NCBI RefSeq assembly: GCF_963853765.1
Contig: NC_088854.1
Coordinates: forward strand, 2,604,001-2,668,000
Direction: 5' to 3'
Source of the DNA: Magallana gigas
Taxonomy: Eukaryota
DNA length: 64,000 bases
Shown: in pieces, positions 49,901 through 61,100 of the stretch
Layout of the letters: each line of letters opens with the position of its first letter
How positions within the stretch are numbered: the first letter of the stretch is position 1
The notes under the pieces: model-generated
Told to the model about the DNA's origin: nothing
The model's database searches: none
What the model saw: only the letters and a program-made list of their open reading frames with translations
Position numbers and translations under genes: made by a program

Positions 49901-51888
49901 GTACATGCACAATTACAAGAGGGAGCTGTACCTCATGTTCCAGGGCACTGTACTCCCCCTCCGTCTGTTCGCGGATAATCACAAAGTCCAGATTCTTGTG
50001 TCTTGTCTTGAATCCTGGCAGACTTTTAATGACAACTACGTTGGCAAACAGGTCTATTTCAGTTCTAAAATGTAACAGGTTTATGTAATGGAATCTAGTA
50101 CATTGTTAAACAGATCCAGAGTACAGTCCATTTCTTTACAGATGTTTTATTTCTTTTAGTGTGTAAAATTGACCCTACCTGATCTTCATATTAAGGGTCT
50201 GTAGGATCCCTCCCTTCAGCTGGCTGGGCGTGCTGATAATGCCCTTCAGTCCTACCCCATTCTTCTTGAACGATTTAACAGCTGTGTCTAGATTTGCACT
50301 CATGGATGGATTAGTTTCACTGAGGAAAGAAGACCACATCGCATACAATGATAAGCCAAAACACTACATTGATCATCTAGCATTTGGCATTAATGTGTTC
50401 ATCAAATGTGAGAATCTGTTTTCTTAACTCCATTAGGGATAGGATATAATGCATTTATCTGATTGTATCAGTATCATTGAAAAACAAAATGCTTTTAACC
50501 TTGGTATAAATTAGTAAATAATACATATCATAGTACAACTTTACCTTAAATAAATTTCTTCAAACTTAACAGGAACTCCTGCGGCTTGGAAGACGTCCTT
50601 GACACTGTGCATAAGTTCTGGTCCCACCCCATCCCCGGGGATCAGTGTCACCGTCTGACAGCTATCAGCAGACGAATCCTGGGTCTTTGAAACAAACAAT
50701 GAGCATCAAAGTCTTCAAATTCTTAACTAAGTGTAACTATGATATTAGATGCACAATATTGTTGATAACAGTTCATAGCATTACACAGATACTGTAGTAA
50801 CTTACTGATGATAAAGCAGGTATGCTTCTGTGGAACAGACATTTAGAGAGAAAAGATGCCTCCTGCTGCTGTAAAAGAAAATCAAGATTTCACTCTATAA
50901 ACAAAGCCTTACTTATGATTATATATTAGAGAATTGGAATACAACATGTATATACCAGCTACTGGTCGAGTACCTAAAGGCTGGCTTCACTAAAATTTAC
51001 CAACCAAAATATCTCCTGAACCTGATTGTTATCTGCCTATTGTTTTTTTGAGATTATAGGCAGGTTCTTTGGGTATCTAGATCTCATAACTAAAATGAAG
51101 TGACAGAACTTAGGGGCAAACAGACTAATGATCGACAGAGTGTCCAGAGAGCTGGTGAAAGCTTATTTAATATATATCTCATTACATTTGAGAATCAATA
51201 TCTCATTACATTTTAGAATCAAATAAACTAACTCTCACCAAGTTTATTTCATTCATGCCGAGTGCTTGGCTGCCTCGATAAACTTCTCAATTATATATTG
51301 CCAAGAGACATGTTTGTATAATTATTTAAAACAGCACTAGACACTAATTTCTGTGATTAAGTATCCCAATAGTGTAATATAATAATACAAGCTACCTAAC
51401 ATTTAGGTTTTTATAAATATTTAATAATAAGCAAATGTGGTGTAAGGATATCTTTGGACAGAGTATATAAACCTACTGCACGCCAATAGACCCCTTCACG
51501 GTTACTGTGATATTGCTCTCCTGCAGGGCAAATTGATATCCTTTGCCGAAATTTTCTTTGGTATATAATTAGATGATGTAAATGAAACAATTGACGTTAC
51601 ATCATATTTTACCAAATTATGTCATTTTGCCCTGTAAAAGAGCAGTACCGCAGTTACCGTGAAGGGGTTAATAGTACATGTACAAGATTAATTCCTTCCA
51701 TCAATATGGTCAAATATTTGGTACAGAAAAGATCAAATATTGGGAATTAAAATCATTATTTAAATTTTAAATAAACGATACCTTTAAGTCTTTTATTCAT
51801 GTTAAATATTTAGTTCTATAACATAAAACAAGAGTACAAAGAAACAGTGCAGACCTCGCGTTAACTTAATTATGATTGTGGCAAACAT
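46981..51888 (-). CDS. IDH3B: Isocitrate dehydrogenase [NAD] subunit beta, mitochondrial
   Basis: Firm exons (minus): 50684-50545, 50319-50179, 50064-49932, 49692-49559, 47993-47891, 47679-47533, 47378-47223, 47058-46981. Tentative presequence exons 51888-51855, about 51285-51239 and 50868-50806. Motifs [74 protein letters not shown] (beta-type), KTRDMGG. Confidence 0.92.
48346..49571 (-). repeat. 18/19-bp minisatellite made of the IDH3B exon end plus GTAAGT donor, about 65 copies
   Basis: Minus-strand units AAGCCAACATCAT|GTAAGT (19 bp) and AAGCCAACATCATTAAGT (18 bp), continuous with the exon end ...CAC AAA GCC AAC ATC AT|gtaagt. Confidence 0.95.
51485..51673. mobile_element. About 190-bp foldback MITE in IDH3B intron 1
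   Basis: ATAGACCCCTTCACGGTTACTG ... CAGTTACCGTGAAGGGGTTAAT, with inner arms also complementary. Confidence 0.7.
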
Positions 51889-52173
51889 GTCTGCTGTTAC
51901 TTATAAATCATTTTTTTCAAATTTTATTGATTTTTTAACAGAAATTTCTTCTACTGATGAATTATACTCAATCTTAAATGAACCCTCCAAACAATAAACA
52001 AAGTCACAACCGTTTTGTGCTTTAAATAATTGTAAATACCTTGATTTGACAAAGTCGTCTGAAGACAGTCCTTGAAACGAAAGAGGACATGTTGCCTGAA
52101 TAAACAGATTACGGAATGTCGAACCCGAACTAAATTCGTCACTAATGCATTGCTAAGCATAGGGTTTTGACAC

Positions 52174-53314
52174 TTTTTATACCCTCGCTCCGAAGGAGAG
52201 GGGGTATTCTGTTTTACCCTTGTGTGTCTGTCTGTCTGTCTGTCCGCCCGTCCGTCCGTCTGTCCGTCCGTAACAAAAATTTCTGTCGCATTTATCTCAG
52301 CAACTTTTTATCGCAGATGCTTGAAATTTTTACACAGTGTTGGTTAAGGCATGCCATATCGTGGGATATATTTTTGTACCAATCGGACGTCAACTTCCTG
52401 TTAAATGACGACTTTGCTTATTTTTTAACTAAAATTTTCAAACAAATTTTCGTCAAAGATTTCTCAGCAACTATTTATCGCAGATACTTGAAATTTTTAC
52501 ACAATATTTGTATAGGTATGCCATATCGTGGGATATATTTTTGTACCAATTGGACATCAACTTCCTGTTAAATGACGACTTTGTTTATTTTTAGCAAAAA
52601 TTTTCAAACAAATTTTTGTCAAAGAATTCTCAGCAACTGTTAATCGCAGATGCATGAAAATTTTACACAGTATTTGTATAGGCATGCCATATTGTGGGAT
52701 ATATTTTTGTACCAATCAGACGTCAACTTCCTGTAAATGACGACTTTGTTTATTTTTAGCAAAAATTTTCAAACAAATTTTTGTCAAAGAATTCTCAGCA
52801 ACTGTTTATCGCAGATGCTTGAAATTTTTACACAGTATTTGTATAGGCATGCTATATCGTGGGATGTATTTTTGTACTAATCGGACGTCAACTTCCTGTT
52901 TAATGAGTACTTTGTTTATTTTTAGCCAAAATTTTCAAACAAATTTCCGTCAATGATTTCTCAGCAACCATTTATCGCAGATGCTTGAAATTTTAATACA
53001 GTATTTGTATAGGCATGCCATATTGTGGGATAAATTTTTGTATCAATCGGACGTCAACTTCCTGTGAAATAACGACTTTGTTTATATTTAGCCAAAATTT
53101 TCAAACCAATTTTTGTTAAAGATTTCTCAGCAGCTATTTATCGCAGATGCTTGAAATTTTAACACACTATTTGTTTAGGCATACCATATTGTGAGATATA
53201 TTTCTGTACCAATTGGATGCCAGCTTTCTGTTAAATGTCGACTTTGCTTATTTTGCATATTCACATCAGAGCGGAGGTATCACTAGTGAGCATTGAGTCA
53301 CAGATATCTTGTTT
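52174..53314 (+). mobile_element. Helentron-associated interspersed element (HINE-type) carrying about 6 copies of a 166-bp satellite (Cg170/HindIII-like)
   Basis: 5' TTTTTATACCCTCGCTC box, then a (GTCY)n microsatellite, then monomers at a 165-167 bp period (ATCGCAGAT at 52310, 52477, 52643, 52808, 52974, 53140). The 3' box GAGCGGAGGTAT is inverted to the 5' box and is followed by a short stem-loop. Confidence 0.85.
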
Positions 53315-55142
53315 GCTGTTGCTTAGATTCTGTCAAACCCATGTGTTGCTAGATTATGAATTCTTGTTCTGAAAAATTTATTAATTACTTCTTTAATCCC
53401 TGATACTGGGTGAAACATTCTACCTATATTTCCACGCAGTACACATTTATATAATTATGTAAATGTAAAAAAATTTGCCCTATTCGTTGTGATCCTATTA
53501 ATAAAAGGTTACATGTATGTAAATAATGATATTCATCAATAATTTTTTTATTTAAATCAAAGTCATATGATTACATGTCAAACTAAATTTTTCTGACCCC
53601 AGATTTTGACACTAATAATTTATAATTGCATCTCTTAAAAGCAGACCCTGCACACTTTTGTTCTTAAATATGAAGTGAGCCTAGCAGAACCAGAAATCTC
53701 AAACACAACTTCAAATGATTATTTGATAATTTAATCAAAATGCATATAAATGTAGTTGTACACAGAGATCTAACAGCACGGTCAGGTTTTTATGATTTGA
53801 AAAAAAAACCCATTAACTACAGTTATATACATGTAATTTAATATTGATCTTGGATATTCAAAGAAACATTGTAAATGTACCTACAATCTTCAGAGAAGAC
53901 AAAAATTTTTATAAATGTAAAGTACTATTTTCTCAACAATTTAAAATATCCCAGAGCATACATAGTACAATGTCCTTTGAAATTTCTAAAAATAAAATTT
54001 ACTGGAATTAGTAAATTTTTAGTGGCATTTTTAAGACTGTAAAGACACAGACAGTAAATTACAAATCACTTAAAATGCTTATAGACTTGTTCCGGGAAAT
54101 CTCTACAGTAGGTATAAACATGTATACCTTGTTGTTTCAAATTTTCTACTGTAATTAATGTTGAACTTCAGAGATCAAAATAGAAAATGTAAAAACCAAA
54201 AAACAAAGGTCACATATTGCACGCATCAAAAACACACACTCTACATATAGAACTACACATAATACTATATATGCACATGATATAATAAATAACTGTTCAT
54301 ACAATTTCCAAACACTGAGTGGTAATTTTCTAGTCATATCATGGTGAATATAAAGAATACAAAAATGACTGTGTATAATGGAATGCATCTATTGTCCTAC
54401 ACAACAGCTATGCTGTAACCACTGGGGCTCGTCACAATCTTTTTTGTTTTCTATTTTGTGGTCAAAAAGTTAAAAGACAAACAAATCAGGATGAGTCCAT
54501 GCTGTGGCATTCCGAAATCATCAGACTTTGAATCTGGTGCAGTACCAGTATAGTCTCCCTTTTGCAAGTGGCTGTACAATTATAACAAATACACATAAAA
54601 CCTTCCAGAACATCAAACACAACAGTCCAAATTTTAGACTAAATCGAAATCAGTAACTGTTATGCAAATTATACATGCAGAATTCTAAATGTATCACAAA
54701 CACGTTAAAATATATTTTACCTGAACAAAATTGCACGCCACAAAAATGATTCCTTGTAAAAAATGATTGGATAAACAAATTTTATCATAGAACAAAATGT
54801 CAATGAAACACATGCAGTCAGTGAATTAATCTACATTTCAATGTCAATACAAACATGTATGTTTTGATTCTTTCTTTGGAAAATAAATACATGTAAAACA
54901 AGTCTCAACTATTTACATAGCTAAAACTTTTCTAATAGAAACAATCTTTTCCTATTGTAATGATGTGAAAAATCACTGTTTTACTTCTTTCCAATGTGGC
55001 CTTAGTACAAAACAGTGAAATCCTTTAACTTGTACATTCATAGTTCCAAATCCTGAGGGACACACTTGCATTGGTTGGTAGTTTTGTTTTATCAGAACAT
55101 ATGGATTAAGAACTTTCCATTGGCTACAATCTTTTCTCCTGG

Positions 55143-58100
55143 TCACACTGGCATGGGAAACTGTTGTGCGTAGTTCAGAGGTTTGTCACTTTTAACATAT
55201 GATGAATCTTCACTGGTAACAAAGCATCAGATAAGATAAGCAGTAGGAACACAATGCACATCAATACATTAGGTGATAAAATCAACAGAGGCATTTTATT
55301 TTCAATTAAAAGTGATTGTTGATAATTTCACTTATCTTTATTATAACTCTAAATGTCTCCAATTCACAATAAATGCAAATTCAGAGGCAATATTTTCATA
55401 TGTAGAGGTATAATGGTGTTACCGGTAATATTTACATGTTGTTTTGTCAAACTGAAAATTATCCCACAAGGAGCTTTCTACGTTTACAGGAACAATCAAA
55501 CTATCTATCTCTATAAAAAAGAACTTGATAATTGAATCTGTCTGGGGTGATGACACCAATGAGACATTACCAATGAGACATTACCTGTGTGTATGGGTGA
55601 TGACACCAATGAGACATTACCTGTGTGTATGGGTGATGACACCAATGAGACATTACCTGTGTGTATGGGTGATGACACCAATGAGACATTACCTGTGTGT
55701 ATGGGTGATGACATCAATGAGACATTACCTGTGTGTATGGGTGATGACACCAATGAGACATTACCTGTGTGTATGGGTGATGACATCAATGAGACATTAC
55801 CTGTGTGTATGGGTGATGACACCAATGAGACATTACCTGTGTGTATGGGTGATGACACCAATGAGACATTACCTGTGTGTATGGAGAGTCGCATTCTGAA
55901 GATGAATGGAGTCTGGGAGGAGTTCTACGTTCCTCACGCTGCCAAAGAAGTCCGTCAGTAGCACTTTGTTCACATCTCTCCTAAACAGGTCCGTACGTTT
56001 AGCCACTGTCGATATGCACTGGTATTTGGGACAAACCTCAAGCTACAAATACCACAAAAGATTCATCTCTGTGAGATCTTTGTTACAGAGAGATGTATAA
56101 ATGTCTACCCACATTGACAGACTAGAGAACAGCTGCAGTGATTGACTTACAAACTGTCCCATGGTTTTCTTACTGCCAGGAGTGACCGTCTCCAAAAATT
56201 CTAGTGCATAATATGTATATCTATCAATGACATACACACCAATGCTTGGGTCCACGTGATGCTGAAACATACAAACAGCAACATGTCACTTCATTTTTTG
56301 AAGAACTAACAATTGTAATTACATGCACAAGAAAAATGTGGTTCGTATACTACTGTGTATGAATTTTATAGCATTAAATACATAATTATAATCATTATCT
56401 ACACAACAAATTCACTGAATTCTTTTTCCAAATTTTTTTTTATCGCCACCAACATTGTGCTCTGCTCGCATCCCATAAGGAAATTACTGAGCACGTATAA
56501 ACTACAAGCCATGTTACTAACATTATTTTGCTTTGGATTGTGCATTATTATCTCCCTTTAGAGTGTGCATCATCATCTCCCTTTAGAGTGTGCATTATTA
56601 TCTCCCTTTAGAGTGTTCGTTCTTCTCTCCCTTGAGAGTGTAGTCTGGCTTACTCGTGCGAGGCAAGTCTCGAGAGCGAGAGTCTGGGGTAAGCGAGACT
56701 ATTGAGAGTGTGCATTATTACTTCCCTTGAGAGTGTGCATTATTATCTTCCTTGATGAGAGTGTGGATTTTTACCTCCCTTGAGAGTGTGCATTATTATC
56801 TCCCTTGAGAGTGTGGATCTTAACTTCCTTTGAGAGTGTGCATTATTATCTCCCTTGAGAGTGTGGATTTTTACCTCCCTTGAGAGTGTGCATTATTATC
56901 TCCCTTGAGAGTGTGGTTTTTACCTCCCTTGAGAGTGTGCATTATTACCTCCCTTGAGAGTGTGCATTATTATCTCCCTTTAAAGATTATGATAACTCAC
57001 AGGGGCATCGTATCCGCTCTACACTCTATGACATTATATAAATAATACACAAGGGAAGAATCGAAAGTAGGACACGATTTGTAAACAACGTCAAAAAACA
57101 ACTTACTTGACAAAAGTTACGCAAATCCTCCCACACAATGTTGCAAATGTTGTCAAAAAACATGTTCACACTCAAATATTCCTAATAAACTCGGTAAAAA
57201 GCGTTTTTATCACATTAAAATCGCTGTCTGCTGCAGAAACCTAATCTCTTCGCCCAAGAAAAGATAACTCTGTGCTTTCTCTCTCTATATATATATGTTC
57301 AGTTATGATAGAAATTTCCGCGGTAAACTGTAAAATGTCTAGGGAAATTTTTGTCTTAATAAAATATGTAACTACCGTAAGCATAATAACATTCGTTCCG
57401 ATATATTTGGCATGTACTTTAATTAGCGTAATTTGATATGCAATTGTTTAAAAACAAATATATTTCCTATCATTTAATGTAGAAATGTAAATACACTAGT
57501 AATTTGATATTGACAATAAAACAATGCTGAAATTCTAGGCAACGACAATTAATTTTGAAGGAATGGGTTGCAAAGACAATAAATGAATTATGAGTATTTT
57601 AATTGTTGAATAAAAAAATTATTAAAAAAAATTATATGTCAACACCAACGTAGTTTTTCATTAACATTTTAGAGAAGAAAAAAAATATCTAAAATTAAAT
57701 ACTTTTTCATCATCATTAATTTTCATTCTAAAATTACAAAATAAATTCCTTAATTAAATTTAAACTTTACGAGTCTTTTTCTTCTAAATCAAATGGTCTT
57801 TCTCTAGTGGTCAGTATAAAGTAATTGCAGTAGCAGGTCGAACAATATTCATTGTTTTCTAATTTCCTATCATTACATGTATCTTTAAGACAACAAATAT
57901 ATACACCATAAATATAAATTGTGACAGCAGATATGCATTATTTTAAAAAAATATACATATATTTTGACATTTTAAACTGAATTCTACTTATTTATTTAAA
58001 ATTAGATTGTCCATCATTCAAAATTCACCCTACCCGTGCTGCAAGTTTAGATCTGCAGATGTATGAAATTTATTTCTTTGTTTTGTTATTGATGTTTCGC

Positions 58101-61100
58101 GGAATTTTACTATGTATCGTTACTGAACATATAGAGAGTCCTGAGAGTTTTCGGATGGCGAAAGTACAGAGTTATCTTTTCTTGGGCGAAGAGATTAGGT
58201 TTCTGCAGCAGACAGCGGTTTTAATGGGATAAAAACGCTTTTTACCGAGTTTATTAGGAATATTTGAGTGTGAACGTGTTTTTTGACAACATTTGCAACA
58301 TTGTGTGGGAGGATTTGCATAACTTTTGTCAAGTAAGTTGTTTTTTGACATTGTTTACAAATCGTGTCCTACTTTCGATTCTTCCCTTGTGTATTATTTA
58401 TATATATGTCATAGAGTGTAGAGCGGATACGATGCCCCTGTGGATAACTGTAAGGGAATACATACTGAGAGTGAGTCCTCTCCCACTTTACTGCTGGCCA
58501 CGGCTAGAATGTTGGGGGAGTAGAACTTCTGGAACATGGACTCCGCCTGGCATGTATCAATCATGAAAAACACCTCATGGTATCTGGAAAATAAATTTTG
58601 ATTAAATTAAATGAGAATTTCCACTTTAAAGGGGCATAATCATGATTTCAGCTGAACATTTTTAACTATTTGCTTTTCAATTCTTTTTGACTTTGACATT
58701 TTAAAGTATTTTTATTGGGTACGCAAAATTTGAACGTAGTTGCTGTTTAATGAGTAAGACACAGACCTCATAATTCTTTTGCAAAATTACAAGTTTGGCC
58801 AACTAATGGACATTCTCTATGAAAACATGCGTATATGGTGATAATAAGCCCACAATACATGTACTCCTACCTTCTCTTCTGCCACATTTGTTCAAAAGCA
58901 TCTGCCAGTTCAACATTGGAAATTTCCTCTGCATCTTGGAATTTTAGAAATCCATCCCCTCCGTGACCTGCATTAACACAAAATTTGTAAACATTTCTAT
59001 AAATCTTACTGTTTATCAGCTCATTCGATACATCCATCAACTATTTTCAGGCAAAATTCATCCATCAAAAGTCTACCTGTCATATACACCAAAACATTGG
59101 AGTGTTCATCAGACAGCAGACGTTTACTTCTTGGGGTGCTAGGGGGCAATCGGCCAGTCAGAACTCGAATGAAGTTTTCCACTGTTACCTGAAATAAATA
59201 CCACAATACACCGGGCTCAAATCCACAATAGTCCACCTTTACCAAACACGTACTGGTACACTTCGTATCTAGGATAAACCATCGCCTCTAGAGGCACTCA
59301 CCTTGTATCCATGATAGTCCACCTCTACTAGAGGCCCTTGCCTCATATCCACAAAAGTCATTCTCTACTAGAGATACTCATCTTGAAGGCTCAAAAATCC
59401 ACTTTCTACTAGAGGCACCTTGTACCCACATTTAGCCACATCTACTAGGGGCACTCACCTCCTTTCTATCATAGCCACCTATAAAAGAGGCACTTACCTT
59501 GTATCCATGATAGTCCACCTCTACTAAAGACACCTGCCTTGTATCCATGATAGTCCAACTCTACTTGAGTCATTCACATCCACAATAGTCTACCTCCACT
59601 TGAGTAACTTACCTCGTATCCACGATAGTCCACTTCTACGTCGTCTCCATACACATTAATCTGGTTGTTGGCATTGTTGAAAACAGTAGCTGCAAAATAT
59701 CAAATGAACCAAATTCTAAGTTCTCAAGATACAAAACAGCAGAATTACATGTAAGTATTATCTTGTAAAATATGGAATCTACATTTTATGAGCTTAAATC
59801 TTAAAAAATGTATTTGAAATTTAAGTGGCCAAGCTAAAATAGGAATTTCTCTTTACAATAAAACTCAGTTGTATTTGCAAAGTCATAAAGACCACAAGAT
59901 TTACCTCACTATATCCATTATTTGATACATCCATAAAACGAATTTATAATAGATAAAGATAATTTAAAAAAAAAACAAGTTTTAATAAAGAAAATAACAT
60001 CTTGAAGCTTTTTAGAAACTCATGATTTTCTGATTGAATTATTTCTGTGGAAATAAATTCCTTCAAACAATAATGTAAATTACTATTGTTAATTTCTAAA
60101 ACTTTTAAACTTCATTATTTTCACATAATTATACAGAAGCTGAACTCAAAATCAATTGGCTGTATTATTCAATTCATTTTACCAGTGTTTTTTACAGCTA
60201 ATTTGCTAGAGATTCCAGAAGACTATGCTATGATAGTAATTTTCTGTATCTGCACTAATACAGAATGAGTTTAACTGTAATTTCTTCTATTTTCAGCCTT
60301 GATCAAATGCCTCAGCCATCATTCCAAAATTACAAAAGTACAAAGGTTGGCTGTAAAATTGGTTATCAATTTTATGAAAAAAGCAAAGATTTCATGCAAT
60401 ATGTTAATGACAGGCTATTTAAATGAATAATGTCTCTTCTTACCAGGCCTTGGATTTCTGGGATTGCATGCCATGTCATCTGCCACCATCAAAATAATGC
60501 GACTGAAATCAGAATATTGTGTCTTAATTAAATCAGAATAAGGATTCATTATCATTAGCTCTCTTTAATAGCAATTTACGTAATGATTCTACTTTGATAT
60601 TAATTTCATTCCTGTTATTTTTTTTCCATGTCCGTTTGACAAACATATCCTTGTGAATAAAAAAAAAATCTGAATTGAACAAGTACTTATTCAACAATTT
60701 GATTTAAAATCCAAGTAATGGCGCATGTGGCAGAAATGACAAAAATGATAAAAATATTACACAATTAGTTAATCCTTCATAAAGACCTAATTTACACAAA
60801 TCAATTCAAAACTGTCAATTTTTGATAACAAGTAGTCACTTTGGAAAAATATTTTTGAGCAAAACTAGTGGAGAAATTCTTTATTTTTTAATCTACAACA
60901 AAATCATTCATTTCTTAAAATACACAAATTAACCAAAGTACAATTATTATTTGGGCGTTGATGTATTGAAATACACCAAACCTGTCAGGAATTCCAAGTC
61001 TTTTACAGCTTCTATAGATAGAGAGAACATTGGCAACATGTCGGTAATTAAACCAAAATCTAGAGGTGTCCACAAGCACTGCCCAGTTATTTGTATGTCC

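Noticed and set aside
52167-52571. 134-aa ORF
   Set aside because: Runs through the HINE box, microsatellite and satellite monomer; no protein features.
55511-55961. Repetitive ORFs on both strands ([24 protein letters not shown])
   Set aside because: Products of the 36-bp array; the real PIGK frame stops immediately after the donor.
26423-59640. Tandem arrays as possible CRISPR arrays
   Set aside because: No unique spacers and no cas genes; the context is eukaryotic spliceosomal introns.
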